Assembly: GCA_963836235.1 (NCBI GenBank)
Contig: CAWIIP010000005.1
Coordinates: forward strand, 267,479-331,478
DNA length: 64,000 nt
Reading direction: 5' to 3'
Origin: an uncultured Pseudomonadota bacterium
GTDB taxonomy: Bacteria > Oederibacteriota > Muellerivitia > Muellerivitales > Muellerivitaceae
Below are positions 55,162 to 64,000 of this stretch, piece after piece (the first letter of the stretch is position 1; each line of letters starts with the position of its first letter). Made by a program: the position numbers and the translations under genes. The notes under the pieces are model-generated. The model saw only the letters and a list, made by a program, of their open reading frames with translations. It was not told the origin of the DNA and did no database searches.

Positions 55162-57303
55162 ATGCTCTCCTCAAAACAAACGTCCGTTTCACTTTTCCAC
55201 ACCGACTCCCGTGTAACGGTTGTTTATTTCGTTCTTTTTATCGTAACCAACTCGATCCTCTCTTACTTTCCACTTGGTTTAAGCACTAAGATTTGGATAG
55301 GCTTCATGGGTTGGGGCTTGCCCTTTTTGGCGGCCTGTTGGGAAGCGTTTCAGATTTCTCCATCCCCTTTCCCATCACGGGAGGAATTTTGGAAGACTCC
55401 CAAGCTTTGGATCTGTTCAACTCTACTGTCGGCTACCTTGGGAACCCATCTCTATATCCTTTTTTCTTCAACCTGGCCGGTTCCCGACGATGGACTGACA
55501 CCCTTTTTCGCCCTGGAACTATTACGGAAATGGAACTGGACCTTTTTTTTCACGATTACTCAATCGCCCCCCCTATCCGTTTGGTTGCTGGCATTGTTTT
55601 TTAAGTTTTTTCACCCTTCCATTTTTTCCATACGGCTCTTCCCGGCCCTTTTTTATCTTCTTCCCCTTCCTTTCGGTTATGCCGCCGTTAAAAAATTTTT
55701 TTCACCCTCTACGTCATTTTTATTTTTGGTTTTACTATGTTTGAGCTTTTGGCCCCTCTATAGCTCGAGATTTTGCATGTTTATGGACTGCCTTTTCGCC
55801 TTGGAAATCATGTCCTTTTGGGCCTTAAGTCTCTGCATAAATTCTTGGGGAAAAAAGGAGTCTTCAAAACATCAAATACTATTAGGGTTCATGATTGGCA
55901 TTGGATTGTGGGTATTTGTGGCCTGGCCACTGGCTGCCTTTATCCTGATCCTCCCTGTGCTCGACCTAGTAAGAAAGCAAACATCTAAAATCCCAATGGG
56001 GCCTTTGCTCCGATTGGGAGTACCCGTCCTTTTGTTTTTAGTGCCGCTTTTGTTTTTTTCCATTAATGAAAAAAACGGTGAACACGTGAAATTTCTTCTG
56101 GGATTAAGGCCGGGGGAAGACTGGCTGGAAAGGCTACAGGACGCTTTTTCTAATTTCACGGCTCTTTTTTGGGGCTGTGACCTTCGTAAAAATGCTTACG
56201 GGCCGGTTTTTGGCGGGATATTGACTCCTGTCGAAGGAGCCCTCTTCTTTTTGGGGATTTTGGAATTAATCCGGTCCAGGTCATCCGGTTTTTCCCGCTG
56301 GATATTCGGAGCCCTCTTTCTTTTCATGCTTCCAGGGGTCATCACCCATTCCTTTGAAATATTCCGGAACTTTTTGGCGCTCCCCTTTCTGTTGTTGGTG
56401 GTCAGCCTAGGGGCCCAAAACCTCGCGACCAACCTCCCTACCCAAAGGCGCGGTTTAATACTGGGGGCGCTTATTGTCTTTTCGTTGCTTTTGAGTTCCA
56501 TCCACTTGATTAAAAGTTTCGGTTTGGAAGGGCAGACCTTGGAAGCTGAAAATTTTTCCCAAAACCGGACCTTTTCCAAGGCTTTTGAGATTTTAAAACA
56601 CACCGCCGACCAATCGGGGCCCGGCCTGATACTTCTGGATCTACAACCGAACCAGGATAACCAAACCTTGAATCTCGCCGCCTATGACTTCAACGCGGCC
56701 CGAAACCCGCGGTTCTCCCCTTCCCAGGCGAAATGGTTGGCGGTGATGGTCAACGCGAATTACGAATATTTCCTGGCCCGCCGGTTTCCTCGGGCTGAAT
56801 GGTATGGGCTTGGCCCCGATCTTTTCTGGAATGAGGGAGGGCTCCTCTTGGGCATTATCCCGCTGGAAGCAAACCGGAATCCCTTCGCCCAGGATTGGTT
56901 GGAGATGGACCGTGGGTTGCATTCCATCACCGTTCAGACCTTCTTCGACCATTCTCAAACGCATGAGCCGGAAATCTATCGGAATCTTTTGCAACTGGAT
57001 CCGCCGTCGGGAACCGACCCCTTCTTGATATCTATCTTTTGTGAAAAGGCCTGTTTCTACAAGCGTTTCAGTTCCGAGCCCGGGGACTTCCTTCCTTGGA
57101 TTCAAAAAGCGGTCCGATACGGCTATCCTGCCGCCCATTTTTTCACGGCGGAAGGTTTTGTTTTATCTTCGGCCGGCCGCGCCGCCGAAGCCCGCCTTGC
57201 TTTTGAACGGGCCGTCCAATCGCCCATGAACATGACCAATGCCGCGGAGATTCTAAAATCAATGGAACGTTCGAAAAAAGCGCCTCTCCCCGCCAGTCGC
57301 TGA
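55162..57303 (+). CDS. GT-C fold (GT39/ArnT-like) membrane glycosyltransferase, paralogue 2
   Basis: WPVPDDG, QSPPL, IRLFPA; colinear with the upstream paralogue; TPR-like C-terminus. Confidence 0.78.
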   Translation: MLSSKQTSVSLFHTDSRVTVVYFVLFIVTNSILSYFPLGLSTKIWIGFMGWGLPFLAACWEAFQISPSPFPSREEFWKTPKLWICSTLLSATLGTHLYILFSSTWPVPDDGLTPFFALELLRKWNWTFFFTITQSPPLSVWLLALFFKFFHPSIFSIRLFPALFYLLPLPFGYAAVKKFFSPSTSFLFLVLLCLSFWPLYSSRFCMFMDCLFALEIMSFWALSLCINSWGKKESSKHQILLGFMIGIGLWVFVAWPLAAFILILPVLDLVRKQTSKIPMGPLLRLGVPVLLFLVPLLFFSINEKNGEHVKFLLGLRPGEDWLERLQDAFSNFTALFWGCDLRKNAYGPVFGGILTPVEGALFFLGILELIRSRSSGFSRWIFGALFLFMLPGVITHSFEIFRNFLALPFLLLVVSLGAQNLATNLPTQRRGLILGALIVFSLLLSSIHLIKSFGLEGQTLEAENFSQNRTFSKAFEILKHTADQSGPGLILLDLQPNQDNQTLNLAAYDFNAARNPRFSPSQAKWLAVMVNANYEYFLARRFPRAEWYGLGPDLFWNEGGLLLGIIPLEANRNPFAQDWLEMDRGLHSITVQTFFDHSQTHEPEIYRNLLQLDPPSGTDPFLISIFCEKACFYKRFSSEPGDFLPWIQKAVRYGYPAAHFFTAEGFVLSSAGRAAEARLAFERAVQSPMNMTNAAEILKSMERSKKAPLPASR

Positions 57304-57363
57304 CTTTTCTTTCATTCGCCCGGAAGAACCCTGAATTCCACCGGCAACCACGGGGAAACTTAT

Positions 57364-57804
57364 TTAGGAACCAATCTCCTTAATCATCACCACGGCGTCT
57401 TCCTGGTTGTCGCTGTAGTATTTTTTGCGGATGGCCACGACGCGGAAATCGGCTTTTTCATAAAGCCTTTGGGCGGCCTCGTTGCTTTGCCGCACCTCCA
57501 AGGTGGCCAGCTTGGCCCCCCTTTCGCGGGCGTAATCCATGCAATGCTTCATCATTTCCAGGCCCAGGCCGCGGTTTCGAAAGGCGGGTCCGATCGCCAA
57601 GTTGATGATGTGGGCCTCTTCGGGTGCCTCCCAATAGCCCATATAGCCCGCCACTTTCCCCTCGACTTCCAATACGAAGTAATGGGCCGCTTCCCTTTTT
57701 AGTTCCTCGTCGAAAAGTTCCTTGGACCAGGGAGAGGGCATGGAGGCCTTTTCGATCTCCACCACCTTTTCAAGGTCGGCTTCCACCATGGGACGGAAAA
57801 TCAT
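57364..57804 (-). CDS. rimI: Ribosomal protein S18-alanine N-acetyltransferase
   Basis: PWS, R.RGLG, LEVR.SN..A..LY, RK.YY.DNQEDA. Confidence 0.92.
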   Translation of the reverse strand: MIFRPMVEADLEKVVEIEKASMPSPWSKELFDEELKREAAHYFVLEVEGKVAGYMGYWEAPEEAHIINLAIGPAFRNRGLGLEMMKHCMDYARERGAKLATLEVRQSNEAAQRLYEKADFRVVAIRKKYYSDNQEDAVVMIKEIGS

Positions 57805-58490
57805 GTCTTGTTTTCGTCCACGGAGGGCACCCTGATATAAAGCGGTTTCAAATCCTGAAGGGTTGGCCGTAACCCCTCTTTCCATTTCCGATAGGCCACG
57901 CGGGCAATACTCATCGCGCTGGGTGGGTGGAGGGAGTTAAAAGCGAACATCCCCATGGCGCCCAAGTTTTCCCGGATTTCCTTTTCATGCTTCAAAGCGC
58001 CCGGCCCCACGATCCAGGTTTTGCCTTTGAGAAGGGAGGCCAGCCTTTCCACCGCCAGGATTTGGGCCGGAGCCAGCTCCGTGACGCTTTCGGGATTAAT
58101 TTGGTAGTGCCCCACGAAACATTCCCCCCTTTGGGCATCCACCAGGCATAGGGCTTCCCCCACCAATTCCCCCTTTCGGAGGTTTTCGGCCAGCCCCTCC
58201 AAGGTCGAAACTCCGAAGGCCAAGAGGTTCGAGGGCATGCAAAGCCCCTCGGCGGTGGCGATCCCTACCCGGATGCCCGTGAAACTTCCCGGCCCGGTGG
58301 AAACAGCCACGGCCGCCAAGTCCTCGGGGGTCATGTCTTTTTGCCGGAGCATGGTTTCCAAGGCGGGAATCAAAGTGACGGAACTTTCCCAATCGTTGGG
58401 CAGGGCGACCTCGGCTAATTCCTCGCCGGTGACGATGTCCAATAACGCCACGCTGGAAATCCGCGTGGAAACTTCTATAGCGGCCAGCAT
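57801..58490 (-). CDS. tsaB: t6A biosynthesis protein TsaB
   Basis: GPGSFTGIRVG, DAQRGE, PLYIR. Confidence 0.93.
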   Translation of the reverse strand: MLAAIEVSTRISSVALLDIVTGEELAEVALPNDWESSVTLIPALETMLRQKDMTPEDLAAVAVSTGPGSFTGIRVGIATAEGLCMPSNLLAFGVSTLEGLAENLRKGELVGEALCLVDAQRGECFVGHYQINPESVTELAPAQILAVERLASLLKGKTWIVGPGALKHEKEIRENLGAMGMFAFNSLHPPSAMSIARVAYRKWKEGLRPTLQDLKPLYIRVPSVDENKT

Positions 58491-58948
58491 TTGATGAGCT
58501 CCTGAACGCGGATAATGCTGTCCGGATGTTTGGCTTCAACGATGACCCGGCGGCTGTTTTCCGAAAGAATCTCGATTTCCAATTTAATCACGGTCGGCGG
58601 GAACAATTTGATGAACTTATCCCCCCACTCCACGGCCACCACGCCTCCCCGCCCGGTCCATTCTTCCCAACCCAGGTCCTCCACTTCCCGGCGCTCCATC
58701 AGGCGGTACCAGTCGAAATGGTACAGGTTTAAGCGCCCCTCGTAGATATGCTGCAGGGTGAAGGTAGGGGAAGTCACGGGCCCCTGAAAGCCCAAGCCCT
58801 TCGCCAGCCCCTGCACGAAGAGGGTTTTTCCCGCTCCCAGGGTTCCCGTCAGGGCCCAGATTTCCCCGGGCCGGGCCTGGTGGCCGATCAACTCCCCCAA
58901 TTGAAAGGTCTGTTCGGGCGTCTCGCAGAGAAAACTGGTGGTCACCAT
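58475..58948 (-). CDS. tsaE: t6A biosynthesis ATPase TsaE
   Basis: GTLGAGKT, SPTFTL, HFDWYRL, VEW. Confidence 0.95.
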   Translation of the reverse strand: MVTTSFLCETPEQTFQLGELIGHQARPGEIWALTGTLGAGKTLFVQGLAKGLGFQGPVTSPTFTLQHIYEGRLNLYHFDWYRLMERREVEDLGWEEWTGRGGVVAVEWGDKFIKLFPPTVIKLEIEILSENSRRVIVEAKHPDSIIRVQELIKCWPL

Positions 58949-59505
58949 GGGGAGTGATAATCCATTTGTCGTTTGATGATTTCCTTCGCTTCCAAATGGA
59001 TGAATTTGCCGCACAGGTACAACCCCAGGTCGATGCCCGCCGTCACGCCCCCGCAAGTGATGACGTCCCCCTCATCCACGATGCGCTGGTCCAAGACTTG
59101 GGAACAATAAGGAATCAACTCCTCCCGGGTGGCCGCGTGGGTGGCGGCTTTCTTGCCCTTCAGGAATCCCGCCGCCCCCAAGAGCAAGGCTCCCGAGCAA
59201 ACTGAAACTTTCAAGGGACTGGGCCCGGCGGTCTTGATCCATTCGATGAAAGAGGAATCCTGGGTCAATTTTCGGGCCACCGGGCCTCCGGGGACCACGA
59301 CCAGGTCGTAACCGGCAAGGGGAACCCCGACCACCGTGGGGGTCAATTGAAGGCCGTTGCTGTCCGCGACTTTTTTTTCAACCGCGCAAACTTCCCACTT
59401 GAGGTTTTCCATGAAGCCCATGCTCTTGAGCCGGGTAAGGGGATCGTAAATCCCCACGAAATCCAGGGCCGTCATGCCGTTATAAATCACGAACCCGATT
59501 TTCAT
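58942..59505 (-). CDS. DJ-1/PfpI family protein
   Basis: LDF.G, VPGG, SVCSG nucleophile elbow, AGIDL. Confidence 0.9.
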   Translation of the reverse strand: MKIGFVIYNGMTALDFVGIYDPLTRLKSMGFMENLKWEVCAVEKKVADSNGLQLTPTVVGVPLAGYDLVVVPGGPVARKLTQDSSFIEWIKTAGPSPLKVSVCSGALLLGAAGFLKGKKAATHAATREELIPYCSQVLDQRIVDEGDVITCGGVTAGIDLGLYLCGKFIHLEAKEIIKRQMDYHSPW

Positions 59506-59541
59506 TTCTTAAAGTCTCCAAAAAAAATTTAAAAAAAAGCA

Positions 59542-59662
59542 ATTTGAACCACCAAGACACCAAGGGCACCAAGAAGGACGAAAAGCAAAGACGTCTAAGC
59601 GATGTTTTAAACCCATTCTTTCTTCTCGCTTTTCTTGGTGCCCTTAGTGTCTTGGTGGTTAA
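59542..59662. repeat. Palindromic element with CACCAAG-repeat arms (copy 1)
   Basis: 29-bp arms at 59547-59575 and 59632-59660, one mismatch. Confidence 0.9.
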
Positions 59663-59668
59663 TAGGTT

Positions 59669-60709
59669 TTATTTAGTCGTTTTATCAAAGTGGTCGAAAC
59701 CCTTGGCTTTCAAAGGAACCCTCTCCCCTTTTCGGTTGATCAAGGTGATCCCCTTGGATTTCGGAACCATCCGTCCGATCGATTTCAGGGTGACTCCGGT
59801 TTCACCGGGCAATTTTTGCAGGACTTCCGATATTTTAGGCAAGGGAACGGTAAACAATAACTCGTAATCTTCCCCGCCGTTCAAGGCGAAGTTCAGGGGA
59901 TCCAAATGGTTTTCGTCGCAATAATGGATGAGGGAATCCGAATAGGGAATGGCTTCCTCGTGGATTTCCGCCCCCGCGCCCGATTCCTCGCACAAGTGGT
60001 GGATTTCGCTTGAGAGCCCGTCCGAGATGTCGATCGCCGAAGTCGCGCATTTTTTGGTGGAAAGGTACCGCCCCACCGTGAACCGGGGAGTTGGCGTGAG
60101 ATGCCTTTTCACCAAAAGAGAAACCGTTTCCTTGCCTTTATCGGAAGGATGCTGGAGGGAATAAAAACCCGCCGCCGAATCCCCCAGGGTTCCGGTCACG
60201 AACAAGGCGTCCCCCACTTGGGCGCCGCTTCGCTTGAGAGCTTTTCCTTTTTCCACTTCACCCACCAAGGCCACATTAACCACGAACTTGTCGCTTCCCA
60301 CCGTGTCGCCGCCCACGATTTGGGCTCCATAGGATTCGGCCCAGCCTTTCATGCCATCGTAAAAAGCCTCCAGGTCTTTCACGGTAAAGGAGGAAGGCAC
60401 TCCCAGGGAAACCAAGGCCACCGTCGGCTTGGCGCCCATGGCCGCGCAATCGCTCACGTTAACCGCCATCGTCTTGGCGCCCAATTGCCAGGGGGTGATC
60501 CATTTGAAGTTAAAGTGCCGGTCTTCCACCAGCATATCGGTCGTGAAAATCAGTTCATGTCCCAATGTGGGCTTGAAGATGGCCGCGTCATCGCCGATCC
60601 CCAGGACCACCGAGGGATTCTTGGTCTTCATGGCCGTACGGATTTTATCGATGAAGCCGAATTCGCCGGTTTTTCCCATGGTGGATTTGTTGTTTTTTTC
60701 GTTTTTCAA
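59669..60709 (-). CDS. thiL: Thiamine-monophosphate kinase
   Basis: GEF.FI, IGDDAA, N.SD.AAMG, GGDT, DISDGL, GGEDYEL, GFDHF. Confidence 0.96.
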   Translation of the reverse strand: MKNEKNNKSTMGKTGEFGFIDKIRTAMKTKNPSVVLGIGDDAAIFKPTLGHELIFTTDMLVEDRHFNFKWITPWQLGAKTMAVNVSDCAAMGAKPTVALVSLGVPSSFTVKDLEAFYDGMKGWAESYGAQIVGGDTVGSDKFVVNVALVGEVEKGKALKRSGAQVGDALFVTGTLGDSAAGFYSLQHPSDKGKETVSLLVKRHLTPTPRFTVGRYLSTKKCATSAIDISDGLSSEIHHLCEESGAGAEIHEEAIPYSDSLIHYCDENHLDPLNFALNGGEDYELLFTVPLPKISEVLQKLPGETGVTLKSIGRMVPKSKGITLINRKGERVPLKAKGFDHFDKTTK

Positions 60710-60729
60710 AAGAACTCCTTAAAAACCAT

Positions 60730-60844
60730 TTAACCACCAAGACACCAAGACACCAAGAAAGTCAAAAGCAACCTCGATTTTTTAATTTTCAAATATTTAT
60801 TTTTTCGCTGTTCTTGGTGCCCTTGGTGTCTTGGTGGTTCAAAT
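60730..60844. repeat. Palindromic element with CACCAAG-repeat arms (copy 2)
   Basis: Arms at 60732-60759 and 60811-60839; 60811-60844 is the exact reverse complement of 59542-59575. Confidence 0.9.
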
Positions 60845-60867
60845 GCCTTTTTTGATCCAATAAAAGT

Positions 60868-62067
60868 TTAAGTGGTGTAACGTCCGTTGATGTCGATATA
60901 ACCGTCCGTCAAGTCGCAGGTATAGACGGTGGTTTTTCCCTTACCTAGTTTCAAATCCACCAAAATATCCACGTCCTTCTTTTGGAGGATGGCTTTCAAC
61001 CGGGCCCGTGACCAGCCTTTCCGGGGCGCGCCCTCATACAAGCGGTATCCCCCGATGGAAACCATCGCCTTAAACTCATCCACCGCCGCTCCAGAATAAC
61101 CCACCGCCGTCAGGATGCGCCCCCAATTGGGATCCGCCCCGAAAATAGCCGTCTTCACCAGGGGTGAATGGGCGATGGCCTTCGCGGCCAGAAGCGCTTC
61201 CGCGTCGGTGCGGGCACCCTGCACGGTGACAGTAATGAATTTGGTGGCCCCTTCCCCGTCCCGGATCACGTCTTGGGCTAAGTCCAACGATACGGCCCTC
61301 AAAGCCTCCACGAAAATCCGGTAATCGGCCCCGGGCCCGGTGATGGCTTTGCCGCCCGAGGCGCCATTGGCCAAAATCACCACCGAGTCGCTGGGCGATG
61401 TGTCCCCATCGACGGTAATGCGGTTAAAGCTGCTGTCCACCGCTTCCTTCAGGGCTTTCGCCAAGAGGGGGCGGGAAATGGCCACGTCGGTCAGCAGGTA
61501 AGCCAGCATGGTGGCCATATTGGGGTGAATCATCCCCGACCCCTTGGCGAAACCCACCAGCCAAGCCACCCTTCCCCCGATCCAAAAGAACCGGGCGCTG
61601 GTTTTCGTTTTCAAATCGGTGGTGAGAATGGCGTTGGAAAAATCCCTCGCGCCCAAGGGCGAAAGACAGCCCAACCCCAGCCGGACGCCCTTTTGAATTT
61701 TAGGCCGCGGCAAAGGAACGCCGATCACTCCCGTGGAATGAACCAGCACTTCCGAAGCGGAAACCTTTAATTGGTTGGCCGCCCAGGTGGCGGTGTCCGC
61801 CGCGTCCTTGTAACCCTGGCGCCCGGTCAGGTCATTGGCGTATTTGGTGTTGACCACCACGGCCCGCAGGGGCTTTCCTTTGCGCAGCAATTCCTCGGTC
61901 CTGCGCGCGGGGGCGGACTTCACGGCGTTCTTCGTCACCATCCCGGCCCAAACCGCCGGAGTTTTGCTGACAATAAAACCCATGTCCAGTTTTTTGTTTT
62001 TCTTGAGGCCCGCGTGCACGCCCGAGGCGAGAAAACCGAGAGGCAAGGGAAGAAAGGGTTCCTTCAT
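60868..62067 (-). CDS. argJ: Ornithine acetyltransferase / N-acetylglutamate synthase
   Basis: STGVIG, LTTD, KGSGMIHPNMATML, DGEGATK, DPNWGR. Confidence 0.96.
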   Translation of the reverse strand: MKEPFLPLPLGFLASGVHAGLKKNKKLDMGFIVSKTPAVWAGMVTKNAVKSAPARRTEELLRKGKPLRAVVVNTKYANDLTGRQGYKDAADTATWAANQLKVSASEVLVHSTGVIGVPLPRPKIQKGVRLGLGCLSPLGARDFSNAILTTDLKTKTSARFFWIGGRVAWLVGFAKGSGMIHPNMATMLAYLLTDVAISRPLLAKALKEAVDSSFNRITVDGDTSPSDSVVILANGASGGKAITGPGADYRIFVEALRAVSLDLAQDVIRDGEGATKFITVTVQGARTDAEALLAAKAIAHSPLVKTAIFGADPNWGRILTAVGYSGAAVDEFKAMVSIGGYRLYEGAPRKGWSRARLKAILQKKDVDILVDLKLGKGKTTVYTCDLTDGYIDINGRYTT

Positions 62068-62133
62068 TTTTTTATCCTTGTGAAGAGTTGAGGCATTTTA
62101 ACAGGCCGCCTAAAAACTACAACGGCCCGGCCT

Positions 62134-62162
62134 TTGACAAAGTCCGGATCGGCTCTTAACAT
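62134..62162 (+). promoter_or_regulatory. sigma70-type promoter
   Basis: TTGACA-N17-TAACAT. Confidence 0.65.
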
Positions 62163-62195
62163 GTGCCGGTCTTCAACCCCGGAATAAGGATTTTC

Positions 62196-62864
62196 ATGCG
62201 TTGCAAAGGCGCCGACATCCCCTTGAAAGCCGTCTTGTTTGATTTGGACGGAACCCTGATCGACTCAAAAAAGGACATCGCCTCCGCAGCTAATGCCGCG
62301 CGGGTGCATTTCGGGATGCCCGCCCTTCCCATTGAAACCGTGGTGGGCTATATCGGCTGGGGGATCGAGCATCTCAACCGCAAGGCTTTGGAGACTGAGG
62401 ATCCGGCCAGGTTGGCGGAAGGCCTCGAAGTGCTAAAGGCCCATTACCGGAACCATTGCGTGGACCAAACGGTGGTTTTTCCAGGCGTGCGGGCACTTTT
62501 GGATTTCCTCAAGGGCCGGGGCATCCCGATGGGCCTGGTGTCCAACAAGCCCCATGAGTTCACATTAATCACATTGGAGAAGTTAGGCCTCGCGCCCTAT
62601 TTCACCGTGGCCTTGGGCGCGGATGCTACTACCAACAAAAAGCCCCATCCCGAACCCCTCTTAACGGCCCTGGCGAAAATTGGCGCCAAGCCCTCCGAAG
62701 CGGTCATGATCGGGGATTCCCCCGTTGACGCCCAAGCCGCCCGCGCGGCGGGAATGCTGGTGGGCCTGGTCAATCACGGTTTCGTGCCCAAGGAATACTT
62801 GAACTCTTCCGACCCCGATTGGTTAGTGGATTCCCTGGCTGATTTTATTGAAATACTAACTTAG
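62196..62864 (+). CDS. HAD-IA hydrolase (phosphoglycolate phosphatase-like)
   Basis: FDLDGTLIDS, SNK, KPHPEP, GDS..D; SD AAGGA. Confidence 0.9.
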   Translation: MRCKGADIPLKAVLFDLDGTLIDSKKDIASAANAARVHFGMPALPIETVVGYIGWGIEHLNRKALETEDPARLAEGLEVLKAHYRNHCVDQTVVFPGVRALLDFLKGRGIPMGLVSNKPHEFTLITLEKLGLAPYFTVALGADATTNKKPHPEPLLTALAKIGAKPSEAVMIGDSPVDAQAARAAGMLVGLVNHGFVPKEYLNSSDPDWLVDSLADFIEILT

Positions 62865-62946
62865 TCAATTGCAGGGAAAAAAAGGCCAAAAAACCTATAA
62901 ATTCCAAAAGTTTTTTATTCGCACCTTCATTTATTAAATAAATGTG

Positions 62947-63999
62947 CCGAATTCACGGAGTAAGTGCAACACTTCGCCGGAAGACTTCCGCCGGAGTTTG
63001 AAAGCCCAAACATTTTTTGGGCCTGTTATTAAGCCATCTTTCAATGGCTTTGAGCTCTTTGAGAGACACTTTAGCAAGGTCGGTCTTTTTAGGCAAATGG
63101 CGGCGGACAAGACCGATAGTATTTTCCACTGTGCCTTTTTCCCAACTGTGGAAAGGAACGCAGAAAAAGGATTTTGTACCAAGCACATGGTTGGTTTCCA
63201 GGTGGTTGGTGTTTTCGGTTCCGTTGTCGTAGGTCAGGCTCAAACGAGCCTCTTGAGGAAAGCGGCATAAAGAGCGGTTGAGGCTGTGACTCATGTGGGA
63301 AGCGGTTTTTCGTTTCAGCTTTCCCAATTTGGAAAAACGGCTTTGACGCTCGACAAGTGCCCGGAGAGCAACTTTACTTTGACGAGAAACCATCGTGTCC
63401 GTTTCCCAGTGGCCGAACTGCTTGCGTTGGTTGACGACCTTGGGCCTTTTGTCGATGGAAACTCGGCCTGGGATATGGTTTTTGGCGTGCCTGTGGCTGT
63501 GACCGAAGGTGAGCCGCCGCCGGTGGTGACGGACGAGGCAAGGAATCAGATCAGTGGCCTCAGCGTAAATCCACTGGTAGATGGCTTCGGGGCCAATGGT
63601 TTGCTTAGGCCGCAGGTGGCCTAAACGGCCTGAAATGAGTTCGGGAGACCAGCCTCGTTTCAATTGGCGACGGACGTAGGCACGAATTCGTTTTGTTTTC
63701 AGGCGTAAACGACAAGCCCGTTGTTGGTTGCGGGTCACATACCGTTGATGGGCCCGATGGGACAGATAGTAACCCGAACGGATGGGGGGAGCGTTGCGCT
63801 TGAGTTCCCTGGAGAGGGTGGAAGGAGACCTCTTCAAGGCACGGGAAATGGCCCGAAGGCTGAGGCCCTTTCCCTTCAAGACGGATAAATGATCTCTTTC
63901 CTCAACACTTAAATGCTTGTAGTTCTTTTTCATGGCCGCATATCCTATTGATGCGGCCTTCTTCAGGCACTAAGTGTTGCACTTACTTATGGAACTCGG
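62947..63999 (-). mobile_element. Complete IS30-family insertion sequence (about 1.05 kb)
   Basis: 28-bp terminal IRs at 62947-62974 and 63972-63999 (23/28 match, core AGTAAGTGCAACACTT). Confidence 0.92.
62953..63933 (-). CDS. IS30 family DDE transposase
   Basis: SPSTLSRELKRN HTH, WSPE.I, GHWETD, DNG.E, WEKG.VEN, LNNRPKK.LG..TP. Confidence 0.96.
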   Translation of the reverse strand: MKKNYKHLSVEERDHLSVLKGKGLSLRAISRALKRSPSTLSRELKRNAPPIRSGYYLSHRAHQRYVTRNQQRACRLRLKTKRIRAYVRRQLKRGWSPELISGRLGHLRPKQTIGPEAIYQWIYAEATDLIPCLVRHHRRRLTFGHSHRHAKNHIPGRVSIDKRPKVVNQRKQFGHWETDTMVSRQSKVALRALVERQSRFSKLGKLKRKTASHMSHSLNRSLCRFPQEARLSLTYDNGTENTNHLETNHVLGTKSFFCVPFHSWEKGTVENTIGLVRRHLPKKTDLAKVSLKELKAIERWLNNRPKKCLGFQTPAEVFRRSVALTP

Positions 64000-64000
64000 G

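Noticed and set aside
59544-59867. 107-aa ORF starting in the palindromic element
   Set aside because: Derived from the repeat and antisense to the thiL 3' end
59542-60844. CACCAAG repeats as a CRISPR array
   Set aside because: Inverted arms rather than direct repeats with regular spacers; no cas genes

Overview
Bacterial chromosomal segment from a diderm organism (lipoproteins, OmpA, canonical atpIBEFHAGDC order). My inference is a poorly characterised candidate phylum such as FCPU426/Goldbacteria-like; the sequence alone cannot establish this. Left end (about 1.2-6.0 kb): a compact integrative mobilisable element (RHH, VirD4/TraD coupling protein, Replic_Relax/MOB_C-like relaxase, hairpin-rich putative origin, Xis, tyrosine integrase) abutting the 5' end of tRNA-Arg(UCG). 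6-23 kb: accessory genes, including HU, a PD40 lipoprotein, homopolymer-frameshifted genes, two orphan antitoxin-like genes, a response regulator, 1-Cys Prx, a GH12 with a very long Thr/Ser/Pro stalk and T9SS-like C-terminal domain, OmpA, and an active plus catalytically dead Deg protease pair. 23-62 kb: mostly minus-strand housekeeping genes: polA, parAB, a GT2/B12-radical SAM/flippase cluster, nnr, acpS, the full ATP synthase operon, two DUF151 paralogues, AmmeMemo A/B, transporters, two plus-strand GT-C glycosyltransferases, rimI-tsaB-tsaE, thiL flanked by two palindromic CACCAAG-repeat elements, argJ and a HAD phosphatase. A complete IS30 element closes the window. No rRNA or CRISPR array was seen. 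All family calls come from motif recognition, not database searches.
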